A stretch of 64,000 bases of DNA, taken from assembly GCA_024231025.1 (NCBI GenBank), contig JAAEQW010000256.1:66954-130953 (forward strand). Direction: 5' to 3'. Origin of the DNA: Candidatus Omnitrophota bacterium (GTDB lineage: Bacteria > Omnitrophota > Gorgyraeia > Duberdicusellales > 4484-171). Shown one piece after another: positions 48,691-60,600 of the stretch. The number at the start of each line of letters is the position of its first letter. Position 1 is the stretch's first letter. A program made the position numbers and the translations under genes. The notes under the pieces were generated by a model. The model was not told the origin of the DNA. It made no database searches and saw only the letters and a program-made list of their open reading frames with translations.

Positions 48691-49559
48691 TTTTTGTTGT
48701 AATTTTTGTTTTAATATTGGCGGCTACTTATATGATTATGAGCGGGATTAGCTCTTTTACATATGAGAAGAAGGAGCGTTTTTATGCTCACCTTCCTTCT
48801 AAATCCAAGACGAATATATTTACTACCGGTATTTTTAGAAACATTTCAACGTTGATTAATCGACCGTTTGCCGAGGTGCCTTATTTAAGGAGCATTAATG
48901 CAAAAGCCAAGTTCTTAAAACTTCCTTTTGGGTCGTTAGAGATATTGCTAATGAAAGAGCTTCTAATGGTAGGTGGGGGAGTTGCCGGGTTTATACTTTT
49001 TGAGCCGATGCACGGGGTTATTGGTGCTTTTGTTGGTTTTTTATTGCCTGATTTTGTGGTTAATAGTAAGGTTAATGGCAAAAAGGATGCTCTCTTGCGT
49101 GTATTTCCCGAAACGGTAGACATTATGGATTTGTGTATCGGTGCGGGGTTAGATTTTTTAGCGGCTTTGCGTTGGGTGGTTGAAAAATCAACACCGAGTC
49201 CTTTTATCGAACAGCTCGAGGTAGTTTTGAGCGAAATACAAGTTGGCAAAAGCCGAAGCGAGGCGCTGCGTGATATGGCTAAACGGGTTAAGCTTCCTGA
49301 TATAAATAGTTTTGTGCGAACGATAGTTCAGGCGGAGCGAATGGGTATTTCTATTGAAGAAGCCTTACGTAATTTGTCTGAAGATACACGGATGACCCGC
49401 TTTCAAAGAGGAGAGAGATATGCGATTAAAGCTGGTTTAAAAATGTTGATTCCTCTAATGTTATTTATTCTGCCTGTAATTTTGGTTGTAGTAGCCGGTC
49501 CGGTTATTATTCAATTCACCCAGGGCGATCTTATTCCCGGTTCAGGGGTAATGCAGTGA
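48687..49559 (+). CDS. tadC: Tad inner-membrane platform protein TadC
   Basis: FPETVDIMDLCIGAGLDF, GKSRSEAL, QAERMG, KMLIPL. Confidence 0.9.
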   Translation: MIFVVIFVLILAATYMIMSGISSFTYEKKERFYAHLPSKSKTNIFTTGIFRNISTLINRPFAEVPYLRSINAKAKFLKLPFGSLEILLMKELLMVGGGVAGFILFEPMHGVIGAFVGFLLPDFVVNSKVNGKKDALLRVFPETVDIMDLCIGAGLDFLAALRWVVEKSTPSPFIEQLEVVLSEIQVGKSRSEALRDMAKRVKLPDINSFVRTIVQAERMGISIEEALRNLSEDTRMTRFQRGERYAIKAGLKMLIPLMLFILPVILVVVAGPVIIQFTQGDLIPGSGVMQ

Positions 49560-50080
49560 GAAAAAAAATAGTTTCGATCAGCGTAATTATTATAGCTTGC
49601 GTTGCGCTTAGCGGTTGTCATTTTTTGTGGATTAAATATAAGAATAAAGATAAAAAGTTCTCTATTTTGTTTTCTAGATTTTGGACAATCGAAGAAAACA
49701 AAGGACCGTTAGATGTTGTTTGTCACGCTCCTTTAAAAGGAAAAAATGATCTCTATCGTGAAAATATAAATGTAATTGCAGCAGAGCTGCCGAATCAGGA
49801 TGCGGTAGACACTTTTTTTCAGATGAATAAAGATGTTACAATGCGTGTTTTACCGGGGCTAAAGAGCAATGTGTCTGAAGGTGAGATATTTGCCGGCTCT
49901 CACCGCGGCCAATACTTTTCTTTTGAGACCAGCATGGAGGACCATAAAATAAAAATTAAAAGCGCAGTCTTTTTTAAGGGGCTTAAAGCTTATATCGTTA
50001 CCTGCAGTGCGCAGACTAGCCAGTACCATAAGTATAAAGATGTTTTTGAGAAATCCATCAAAAGCTTGCGGATTAAATAG
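49556..50080 (+). CDS. Lipoprotein, PsbP/DcrB-like
   Basis: LSG-C lipobox; FSILF..FW, ENINV, AYIVTCSA, FEKSIKSLRI. Confidence 0.65.
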   Translation: MRKKIVSISVIIIACVALSGCHFLWIKYKNKDKKFSILFSRFWTIEENKGPLDVVCHAPLKGKNDLYRENINVIAAELPNQDAVDTFFQMNKDVTMRVLPGLKSNVSEGEIFAGSHRGQYFSFETSMEDHKIKIKSAVFFKGLKAYIVTCSAQTSQYHKYKDVFEKSIKSLRIK

Positions 50081-50092
50081 TACCTACCTCCA

Positions 50093-51025
50093 ATGAGTAA
50101 AAAATATTTTTTAATAATTAATCCTACCGCGCATTCCGGCCGGGCTCGCCGTGATGGCGAGAAAATAATCGCCTTATTCAAAGAGCGCGGGGCAGATTTT
50201 GATTTTGAGTGGACCAAGAAAAAAGAGGATGCAATTAGCATTGCTCATCAGGCTACTTGTAAGGGGTATCAAATTTTAGTGGCGATAGGCGGTGACGGCA
50301 CAATTTGCGAAGTAATCAGTGGTATTTTTGCAGCAGAAGTCACGTCTCGACCGAAATTAGGGGTTATTCATGTTGGCACCAGCCCTGATTTTAATAAAAA
50401 TCATGGGATTGCTCTTGATATAGAAGGTGCCGCTGAAGCCTTGTTTTCTAATAATACAAAAATAATCGATATCGGCAAAGTTACTTACCGGCAGGATTTA
50501 GAAGGTGGGCAACAAAGAATTGGATTTTTTGCCAGTAACGCTAATTTTGGTGTAGGACCGTTGGTTGTGGGTAAATCTAATTCGCGTTACCGCAAATATC
50601 TGGGTGATTTTTTAGGAACGTTAACCGCGTTGTTGGTGTCTTTGGTTGGCTTTCGAAAGGTTGATTTTTCGGTAGAAATCGAAGGCAAAAAAAGAACATT
50701 CAATAAGTTGATTAACCTTACTGTTGGTAAGGATCCCTACATTGGCTCAGGAATGCGAATTTTCAGTGAGATAAAGCCCGATGACGGAAAATTTTATATT
50801 TTTTCAATTGAGCGTAAGACCAGTTGGTCTAAGTTTTTAATGAGTATTCCCAAATTATACAATGGTAATTTCTTAGAGTATAGCGGCGCGGCCTTACAGT
50901 ACGCGTCAGAAATAACAATTAATGCTTGCCCGCAATACCCTTTTATCGAATGCGACGGCGACATAAAAGGATACCTACCCGCCAAAATCGAAATACTACC
51001 CAAAGCCCTTGCGATTGTTGTGTAA
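50093..51025 (+). CDS. Diacylglycerol-kinase (YegS/DgkB) family lipid kinase
   Basis: IINPTA, GGDGT, GTSPDF, IDIG, ECDGD. Confidence 0.9.
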   Translation: MSKKYFLIINPTAHSGRARRDGEKIIALFKERGADFDFEWTKKKEDAISIAHQATCKGYQILVAIGGDGTICEVISGIFAAEVTSRPKLGVIHVGTSPDFNKNHGIALDIEGAAEALFSNNTKIIDIGKVTYRQDLEGGQQRIGFFASNANFGVGPLVVGKSNSRYRKYLGDFLGTLTALLVSLVGFRKVDFSVEIEGKKRTFNKLINLTVGKDPYIGSGMRIFSEIKPDDGKFYIFSIERKTSWSKFLMSIPKLYNGNFLEYSGAALQYASEITINACPQYPFIECDGDIKGYLPAKIEILPKALAIVV

Positions 51026-51084
51026 GGGGGCAAGGATTAAGGATTAAGAATCTCCCGTTTTTACAGGACCCCACTAAATAAAAC

Positions 51085-51260
51085 AATAACCAAGATATAT
51101 TTACAACTAACAAGAAGTAAAAACCAATTTCCCTGGCACCATTCAAATCATCCAGCGATGATTTTCTTTGGCGCTTCGACCTTAAAAATCCTTCACTTCG
51201 CTCAGGATACCATGCTTTTAAGGTCTCAGGGCCTGCCTGGAAAACTATTTTTACTTCTTG
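51085..51260 (-). ncRNA. 176-nt structured repeat, copy 2
   Basis: Homologous to 31094-31269 with compensatory substitutions. Confidence 0.5.
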
Positions 51261-51397
51261 TCTTTATTTATTCCTGCTCAAAAGTATTCAATAACCAAAC
51301 TGTTTGATTATTGGATATTGAATATTGAAATTTGTTTGTATCTTGTGTCTTGTTTCTTGTATCTTGATTTGAAAATAACCAACTTGCTATTTAATCT

Positions 51398-52336
51398 TCA
51401 TGCATCGTAAACAACAAAGAGAAGATTGATTGCGATTAGGTTAAAGATAAAAAGAAACATCGCAGTGCATGGCGAGACTAGGCCAATTAGGGCTGCTTCA
51501 AAGCAGGCAGTTGCGATAATCGCCCACTTTAAAATATGATAAGCATTATCGCGTGGATTAATGATTAAGCTTATTGCGGTATATACAAAAATCAATGCTG
51601 ATAGAGTTATTAGCCCATAAAATATATCTTGGGAATAAGGTGCCAAAAACAAGGACTCCTTCAAGAGAAAAAATCTCACTAAAGTAAAAAGTATTGCCAC
51701 AAAAGGTAGGCTAAGATACTTGGCTCGATTCGGAGTAAGTAGAATAACTAAGTTGCGTATGCCCGCTGCTTTGTCTCCTTCGGCATCTTTGAAATTAGAG
51801 AAAAAGCAAAAGATAAAGTTTACAAACCAAACTAAAATTGCTGCCGCAGCGAGATCTTGCCTCCAAATGATCGCAAACCCGCTTGAACCGGCGCATAATG
51901 CCCCATAATAGACGCATAGAGCGATCAAAAGACCGTAGACGGCGTTTCCTAGGATTATCTTTTTAAATCGACTATAAGCGAAATTCATGGCAAATATAAG
52001 TACATAAACTACTACCGCGTACCCATTCAGAAAATAAGTAGCGATCGCCCCAATGATAAATAAAATGGCGCTTATTGCAATGGCATGTTTCACTTGTAAT
52101 GTTCCGGTAACCATTGCCCGACTTGGAGCATTTATGCGATCTTCAGTGAGACTTAAATAGTCGTTAACAACTTGGTTAACTCCCCAACCAGCAAACATAA
52201 TGATTAAAATCGCCATTTGCCGCAACAGATTTGGCTCAGGAACAATTAAATACATGCCCAAAAGCCCGGCCATTGCCGGAATGAAGCCGCAATACCAACG
52301 CATAGAAATAAAGTAGGCAGCAATGTTTTTCTTCAT
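51398..52336 (-). CDS. UbiA-family prenyltransferase
   Basis: NDYLSLTEDRINAPSR and FKDAEGDKAAG motifs; multiple TM helices; likely start MKKNIA. Confidence 0.88.
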   Translation of the reverse strand: MKKNIAAYFISMRWYCGFIPAMAGLLGMYLIVPEPNLLRQMAILIIMFAGWGVNQVVNDYLSLTEDRINAPSRAMVTGTLQVKHAIAISAILFIIGAIATYFLNGYAVVVYVLIFAMNFAYSRFKKIILGNAVYGLLIALCVYYGALCAGSSGFAIIWRQDLAAAAILVWFVNFIFCFFSNFKDAEGDKAAGIRNLVILLTPNRAKYLSLPFVAILFTLVRFFLLKESLFLAPYSQDIFYGLITLSALIFVYTAISLIINPRDNAYHILKWAIIATACFEAALIGLVSPCTAMFLFIFNLIAINLLFVVYDA

Positions 52337-52337
52337 T

Positions 52338-53786
52338 TTAGAAGTAATTAAGCCAGAAAGCAAGTACCGATAAAGTTACGGCGTGCAGGAAAAAGGCGTA
52401 TTTGTCTTTGTAATTGACAGAACTAACTAAATAGCATTGCAGTACTGCCAAAATCACCATAGGAAAAAATAGCAACGGATCCAATAATAACAGCGGCAAA
52501 ATCAAATAGGATATAAGAATAACAATGCCTATGAGTAATTTGCTTTTCTTCTTGCCGAACAGATTAAGAATCGACCATTTTTCCTTAGACTCCAGATCCA
52601 TAAAATTTAAGCATAGCGCGGGAAATATTAAAAAATAAAGCGAAAAAATATGGGGAAAACCGCGCAGCTCTCCACCGGCAAATAACCAACCAAGCAGCAC
52701 CAAAAGCAATAGGCCGGCCGATATTAAGAATTTAGAAAAAACCGGAACACGTTTTAATTGCAGTGGTGGCAATGAGTGCAAAGTGATCAGCGAGAGAGCG
52801 ATCAAGGCAAAGTAAAAGGTAGTGAAATTAACCGCTAAAGCACAGATCGCGGTGACTAAAAAAACAGCACCGATTACGCTTTTTGTGTTTTTGTGGTATG
52901 GGCGATTAAGCGTTATCGCCACAGAGTAGGTGCCGATGATTGCAAATATCGTTAATATAAAGGATGAAAAGTTTCTAATTAAGGTAGTGGTTATCAGATA
53001 TTGCCTTAAGGTGACGCCCAAAATGAAACAAAGAACAAGGCATATTGCTTTAGAGGGGTAAATGTTTTTAAAAATATTCTTATCCTTTAAATAAAGCAGA
53101 ATGAACACTTCTGCAAAAATAATTACGCAGAAAAAGCGAATTACTGGTATCGGTCGAGTAGTCAGTAAGCTTACCTTTAGTAACGCGGCAATTTTACCCA
53201 TAATTGTTGGTAGAATAAAGAAGATTAAAATTACAGCGTATGAACATAAAACTCCTAAAAGGGCGGTAGTAATTTTCTTTGTTTTAATTAGGCAGTAGCT
53301 GAAAATAACCGTAAGAAATAGTATGCCAGTTAGGAATTCACCCGGAGTTACTCCATGCGGTGGCAAAAACGCTGCCAACCCTGTGGGCGTAATGTAGTGA
53401 ATTTCAATTCCTTTGCCCGCGGATAAGATTAAATCAACAATCGGAGTTAACACGACAATTGGAGTTACCCCCAGCACGATCCGCAATGTCTTGTCGATTT
53501 TTCGGCGAGTAAGCAATGTTAAGATTATGGGAAATGCAAAAGCTACCGCGACCCACCAAAGACAATTATGGGTAAACCATATTGCAATGCTGGTGCCGGC
53601 AGAAAGAAAAGATTCGTGATTAAACGGAAATAGCTTAAAAGGAACCCAACCGGTATCTGAGAAAATTTCCAGAAAGTTTTCAATAGTTATGACGCCAAAG
53701 AATGTTAGAAAATAGTATATTGCAGGGATGCTTGTATCTTCGATTACCGAGACAAAATTTTTGATTTTTTGTGCGAGATTACCCAT
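52338..53786 (-). CDS. Polytopic membrane protein with a degenerate UbiA-like C-terminal half
   Basis: Many TM helices; HSLPPLQLKRVP resembles the UbiA YS.PP.RLK motif. Confidence 0.65.
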   Translation of the reverse strand: MGNLAQKIKNFVSVIEDTSIPAIYYFLTFFGVITIENFLEIFSDTGWVPFKLFPFNHESFLSAGTSIAIWFTHNCLWWVAVAFAFPIILTLLTRRKIDKTLRIVLGVTPIVVLTPIVDLILSAGKGIEIHYITPTGLAAFLPPHGVTPGEFLTGILFLTVIFSYCLIKTKKITTALLGVLCSYAVILIFFILPTIMGKIAALLKVSLLTTRPIPVIRFFCVIIFAEVFILLYLKDKNIFKNIYPSKAICLVLCFILGVTLRQYLITTTLIRNFSSFILTIFAIIGTYSVAITLNRPYHKNTKSVIGAVFLVTAICALAVNFTTFYFALIALSLITLHSLPPLQLKRVPVFSKFLISAGLLLLVLLGWLFAGGELRGFPHIFSLYFLIFPALCLNFMDLESKEKWSILNLFGKKKSKLLIGIVILISYLILPLLLLDPLLFFPMVILAVLQCYLVSSVNYKDKYAFFLHAVTLSVLAFWLNYF

Positions 53787-53901
53787 CAATACCAAGTATA
53801 GGAGATTACCTATTTTTTGTCAAGCGATGGGGGCAGATCGGGGACATGTACCGGAAGCCCCGAAGGGGATCGGTACGTGTCCCCGGAAGCCAAAAATAAT
53901 C

Positions 53902-54283
53902 GTAGGGGCACAGCGTGCTGTGCCCTCAATAAATAGGGATCGGTACGTGTCCCCGGAAGCAGTAAATATGGTACCAATTAAATTCGTTTGGTTGATGCCT
54001 CCGGTAAAATAGCTATTTGTTGCTTCGCGCATGAGTCCTTTGAACGTAATCAATAAAAAGTCGATGGGCGAAATGCTCGAAACAAAGAACTCCACGGCTT
54101 CGCGCGTGGAGGCGAACCGGACATCAAGCCTTCGCAAAAATAGATTTCACCTGCGGCTAATTTTGCCTATCGTTTTGTTACCAAACCCGGAAAGAAAATC
54201 CGTAAATATATTATCGATAATCCCATAAATTGGATTAATGATGATGAAAACGATAAAGAGGGCACAGCGCGCTGTGCCCCTAC
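53902..54283. mobile_element. RAYT-derived non-autonomous element bounded by inverted REPs, with a foreign insert
   Basis: REPs at 53902-53926 and 54259-54283; ends match 47445-47480 and 47591-47679; the middle is unrelated. Confidence 0.78.
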
Positions 54284-54496
54284 GTATAATCTATGATTTA
54301 TTATTATCAAGAAAACATTTGTAGATTGTTCTGTTATAATGGGTTATGGATTGAAATGTCCAAAAATGATAGGAATTTTCACACTTTTTTCGGACACTCT
54401 TTTCAGGGGTTTTTGCGCTTTTTTTGGACACCCTTTATTGGAGGTATCTTGAAGAATGGCGTCTTTATATATTAAGAATTTATAAGTTAAATAGTG

Positions 54497-54526
54497 TTGA
54501 CATTTTACTCATAAAAATGTTATATT
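54497..54526 (+). promoter_or_regulatory. Sigma70 promoter directly upstream of riboswitch 2
   Basis: TTGACA-N18-TATATT with an extended -10 TG. Confidence 0.75.
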
Positions 54527-54530
54527 TGTA

Positions 54531-54616
54531 TGGTAGCGAAGGGCAAACCTCGAGTAATCGAGTGGCGCAAAGCCACGGGCCCCGAATGTTTTGGGGCAGC
54601 CGGGTTGTGGGTATCA
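54531..54616 (+). ncRNA. c-di-GMP-I riboswitch variant with an altered 3' ligand-pocket strand
   Basis: GGGCAAACCTCGA-GTAA-TCGAG.GGCGCAAAGCCACGGG...CAGCCGGGTT followed by GTGG instead of ACCG. Confidence 0.75.
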
Positions 54617-54652
54617 AAAGTAGTTGAGTAGTTTGTTTTTAACATTAAAGTT

Positions 54653-57600
54653 ATGAAACAAAAAAGTAATAAAATGGGGAGTGGGGATAGGGGGAGGTTT
54701 TTAAACTTTTCTCTTAGCTCGTTTAAAGGTAAGAAAATAGTGAGTGCGATAGTCGCACTCATTTTTTTATTTAACGTCTGTACCCCTGCGTATGCTTGGC
54801 GTGACGGTAATCATAGCCATACAACTAGCGCTGCAGCTTTTGGTGGCGGAGCGCTCGGCGGACTCGTAACCGGTGTTTTTATTTTGATCGGTAATGGTGG
54901 CCTAACCAGTTGGGGATCGGTAGTTGCCGGTGCTGCGTCTGATATAACCGGAGCGATCATGTACTACGAAAGTTATGACACCTACGATGAGACGATGACC
55001 ATTGGCGGGGAAGAGCTTGATTGGAGTCTTGGCAAAGTTGACATAACGATTACTAAAGGTCAGTTTTGGAGTATGACTGCCGGAATAATTGCTGGCTGTA
55101 TAGTTGGTGTTGTCGGCGGTGTTGCTTCAGGAGTGAAAACCGCAGCCGCTGAAGCAGCTAAAGAAGGCGTGAAAGAAATATCGAGTGAGGCGATCAAAGA
55201 AGTCACAAAAACCGCAACTGACATTGCAGTAGAGACAATGAAGAATGTAGTTGTCGGATCGATGATTGGTGCCGTGGCCGGTGCCGCCGGAGGCGCGATA
55301 GTTGGGGCAATTAGCGATGGTAAGGAAGGCGCCCTTAAAGGCTTGGGAAAAGGTGCTGTTCTTGGTGCCGCGGCGGGGGCAGGCGGTGCGTTACTAACTG
55401 GTGTTTTGAGAGGTATTGAAAAGGTGCTTGCTTCAACGATGGGCGATTCTCTTGCCGGTACGATTGCTGAGAACGTTATTAATCATACTTTGCGCAACGC
55501 TTTAATTAAGCTTCCGGTTGACTTTGCTTGTGCTTTTGGAGCGCTAGTAGTTTCTCGTACCGTTGAAGAAGTGCTAGTTCAAAAACACGACATGGATCGA
55601 ACCCTTGCCGGGATGATTGGTGGCGTTGCCGGAATGGGGGCGCGTTTTCTTACCCAGCCGGTATTAATGCAAACGTGGACCCAGAACAATTATTACATGA
55701 GCAACCGAGGCATTGTGCTTAGCGCAGGTGAGAAAAAGCGACTGGACATGGTTGCGAATTTTAAAAAGACCCTCAAGAAATCCAAGGATAAAATCGAAGT
55801 TGGTCAAATTGACGCCAAAACCGGAGAAGTAACCCAAAGTAAGACCATTAGCGTCTCTCGTCTTGCTGATGCAAAATATATAGGTAGTGGAGTGTTTCAA
55901 TTGGAAAATGGAAGTCAAGTTGACATTAATTCTAACGGCATGAGGGGGTTATCTCCTGAAATAATGAAAGCGGTGAAGGGTTATGCCAACATAGTTGCGA
56001 GGGTGGATCCTTCAATGAGAATAACCGGCGACGTTGCGCGCACCTTTGGCGGAGGCGCGGTGCAGGATTCGTTTTTTGCTCCGATTCATTCGGTGGTGAG
56101 CGTTGGGCCGCGACCGATTATTTCAACAGCAACACAAGTTGCGATATTATATGCTTTGGATTATAAGACGTTTTACGGCCGGGGTGATTCAGAACGCGGC
56201 AAAAAGAAAAATTATCGCAATGCGCTTAAGATGGCGCTTGCGCGCAGCGCAGGTTCGCTTGCTGGTGAGCTGTCGACAGGTTGGTTAACGCAAGCTTATA
56301 ATCCTTGGAGTTCAAGGCCGCAAGATATGGCGGGTTTTAAAGGTTGGGCGCAACATACCGGCAGGGCGGTTGCGGTGGAAAGCGGCGGACTGCTAGCTGA
56401 CGTTGCTTTTGCTCGGATGACTTACGCTTGGAATTTAAATACTGCCTATGGCCTTCAAGGCCTGGTGCATTTGGGAATGAGTAGTCTTGTTGGTGGAACA
56501 TTGGATACCTTATTTAGAGAAGATCGAATGAAAGCCGAGAAAACAGTTTTCGTTGAGGTTAAAGATGAGCCCGAATACGTTGATGAAAAAAAACTTGTTA
56601 AGAAAGAGCCCGAAACGCTCAGCGAAGAAGAACACCGAGAAAGATATAGTGCCGCAAGAGGTTGGGAGCCCGATGAAAACGCGACTAAGCCATCAAAGGG
56701 TATCTACGTTTATACAAACACTAAAACCGATGAAACAAAAACTTATAAAAAGCAGCACAGCGTGGTGGATGTTCCTAAAGGCTATGAATCGGCCTATTCG
56801 AAGGCAAGCGTTGGCGCGCCACGAGTGGATATTTTCTTTATTTGTGTAGGAATGGATTTTGCTAATAACTTCAAAGAAGCATCAATTAACGCGGCACTGA
56901 TGCCTTATCCGTATCGTTCAACCGGCACTGGAATGGGGGCAATGGCCGCAAATTTTGAAAATCAAGATCGGTTTACTCGTCGCATAGCAATGCATATGCG
57001 CGGGGTTGGCCCAGTTCAAGCAAGGGCAATCGAGGCGGGCCAGGCTCTAAGCGGCCAGGCACGGGGACGTTTTGCTAATAGTTTCGGTTATTCAATTGCT
57101 AATACATGGCTTCCGTATCGGTACCAATCTTACGCGGCATTTATGCCGGACGTTGACGCGCACTTAGATGAAAACGTTTCTACGCCGGGTAGAGAATCTG
57201 AAAAGCTCTATAAGGATCGTAAGGAAACGAAAGAACAGCGCCAAAAAGTAAGACAAGAAACTCAGGAAGTAGAGAAAAAAATAGCAACAATTGAACTCTC
57301 CAACTTAGATAAAAAAAGTGATGATACTTTAGTTGCGTTACAAAAACGTTTAATTGAGCTAAAGGTACAAGATAAAGCATTGGGGAATAAACTTGCCCAA
57401 AATAAAAAAGATATTCAAAATCTCCGTACCAAAACGGTCAATGCGTACGGTGATTTGTCGCCAATATATTTTAATGGCGGGATCGTGAATTATTCAGTTG
57501 ACCGGCGTATCTCTGATTATGCGGTGGTAAGAGAATCAATTCAGTTTACCGGCGAAAGATCCGCTGAAGAAAAAGAAAACGCAATGATTCACAACGAAGA

Positions 57601-60600
57601 TCCTTCGCAATATAGATCAATTGAGGTAGAGGCAAAAGCAACGCTAGAGAGGGCGGGTGATGATGAGGAAATTGAAATATCTTCTTTTCAAGGAACGTAT
57701 AATCCTTCATTGGCCGGCCGACCGTTGGCAGTTGAGCACTACAGCACACAATTATCACATGGCGTTAGTGTTAATAACTTAGCCGGTGCTCTTGAAGGCG
57801 CTGAGCATCCGTTGATTGTGGGTGATGGCCTTACCATAACTAAGCCCGATCAACTTGATGAGGCTAAAAACAGGCTTTATGATATTATGGCAGACGATCC
57901 GGACGCGCCGATATATTATAAGGAGTTAAAAGCAGAGAAAGACTTAAACGATCAGGTAGTCGAGAAGCGGGCACAAGAGCAAGTTAAAGGTGCGAAAGCT
58001 TCAACTGAGAAAGTTAAGCCGATAATCCTGGTTACCGACAAGAAAAAGCGAGCCATCGCCGAAGAGATGACGGGTATTGTTGAGCGGCTTAATGGCGCGG
58101 TAAAGGGTGACGAAAACGCGAAACGTAATTTCGGTTCGGGTTTAATTGGCGTAATGGCCCTAAGAAGACAGGGTAATTCTTATTATCGGGCAACATGGGT
58201 TTTGGGTGAGGGCGATGAAAAGAAAGCAAAAGTTGCCAGAGTAATCGATGATTTAGGGGTTAGCCGTGGCGGTGGTATAAAATTGCAACATTCAGATAAG
58301 CCGTCTTTAACTGCCCGCACCACACGCGATATTTACGGCAGAAGTATTGAAACAAAAGAATACGGTTGGCATTATGATGTGAAAGAAGAAGAGATTGGGG
58401 TAAGTGATCCTCAAAGTAAAAGAAAGCCGGGTACAACAACACCTGAGAAGAAAAAAGTATCGGGTAACGGCGGGTATCGCCTTGTATCCCGTGATTTAGA
58501 AGGTGATGATAAGGTGTTAAAAGTCACTAAGCACGTTTATAAGGATTCGAAAGAAGCAAGAGAGGCTGCGATTGAGCTCAGTAAAAAGATGCCTAATTGG
58601 CATATTCAAATATACGAGAACGACGAAATTGCCGAAATCGAAGACGACAAGTTTCTTTTGGTTGAGGATTCCCCGGAACATTCTTTGATTGCGGCCATTT
58701 CGCCAGAAGCCGCGGCGGCAGGCCTAATCCCTTCTAAAATTCCTGATGATTATAAAATAAGAGCAGCTTATCCAAGAACCGAGACCACCGGAACCTGGAA
58801 AAACGTTGAAGTAGCAACCACCGAATACTATTATGGGCCGATGGGCCAGGCGATGTCAATAAGAAGCGAGGATCCAATAAAGTCACAACGCCGCAAAAAA
58901 GATTATAGTGCGGCGAATATAGTTGACGTTAGGCAATTAACTTTGCGTAAGCACGAGGATGAGACCGGGGCAATTAGAAAAGTAGAGCTCATCGAGAATG
59001 TTGATGGTGAGGAAAAAGTATTAAGTGAATTTAGAGGGAAAGAGGGAGAAAATCCTTTTGATGAAGCAGTAGCGTATGCGGCTACGCTCCAAAGCCCTGA
59101 TCCTACGATGGAGACAGTAGATTATGATTCGACAGGCGATCAACATTATATTGTGATGCGTGATCCAAAGACACAAAAGATAACTGGATTTGCCACGAAA
59201 GATTCTTATGCTAAGCATAAGGACGCATACGCTAAAGCCAATGAGCTTATTGATGGGCTTCTCCAAGGAGGTGGCGATGAAGCTTTACCTAAGGATACGA
59301 TTTTTGAAATATACATGGCTCATGAAATAGGTAAAACCAAAGACGGTCAACTGGTTATTTTAGATGATGAAGCAAGCGATGCCGCTTTGGCAGAAGCGCC
59401 AGTTGGAAAATATGCTTTGAAACCAAGCAGCCTTACCGGCAGAAAAGCGCCTAGTCAGGGGCCGGATGATCACAGCCCCGACGCGGTTGATTTTGGCAAG
59501 GCAACAGTTCAAGCGGCATCTGTTGCTAAAGGTGATGACCCGAACGTTACCTATGCGATAAGCATTTACGACACAAAAAGTGATCTTGAGTTTGTTAAGT
59601 CGTTAGGTGATGGCGGCTGGACGCGTTCGCCGTATGTTGGCGGTCCTAGCGGGCGATTAATTGCCCAAGACATACACCATGGTCCGCAGCTCTTATCAAA
59701 AAACGTACCGTATAATCCTAACATGCCCAGCAACCTTTTAAAAGTTGTGCGGATACATCTTGAAAATAGATTTCTCCAAGAAGCCGGCTTAAAAGAATTG
59801 GCAGTTGATGACATAGACGTTGACACAGAAGAAATTGTTGATGAGATGTATGATCGATTTGTTAAGAAAGCGCCGAAGTTTAAAGATCGGGTACTTGATG
59901 TGCGAGGCGCCAAAGGCAATAAGGAAGAGGCTTATAGCAAAGTAATGAGCAATTCGAATTACAATTTAGGCAAAATAGCTAACGAAACGTATAATGAAGT
60001 AGTTAATGAGCGCTTTAAAAGGGCGGGCCTAAACGATCAGGCTTGGAATACAATGATGCAAAGGCCAATAACAAGAATGGAGAGTTTTCAGTTTTTTGAA
60101 AATAAAAATATTGCCGGCAAAACATATTCGCTTCCAACCTGGGGCGCTAAGGCGGGGTATAATGCCGCTCGTCGTCCCAATAGGGATGTGGTTTATGATG
60201 CCCTAAGGCCGAATACAATGTTAAGCGCAACCGAAGATTATGTGCTACAATATGACGCAGGCGATCGGGTGATTGACATAACTGTTGTAGCCGGTGAAAC
60301 CATTGAAGATGCCTTAGCTAGAGAGGATATTTTTGTGTCACGCAAAGAGTATACCGCAAGCAAAGATGGGCGCAAATTTGCCGTTAATAAAGATAAAACT
60401 TTCAATGAGGCTGAGTATGAGGAAACCGGATTTTTATCGAAGCCTAAAGAGCGTAACATTGTGCTTGGCGGCGACAAAGCGATAAGGGTTGGACCGTCTC
60501 AGAGCCCACAAGAAGCCTTGAAAGAGCACGAGATAATCGGCACAACTTTTATTAGTGAAGAGGATTTTGTAAATAGAGTTGTTGCGCCTAATGAGGAGAT

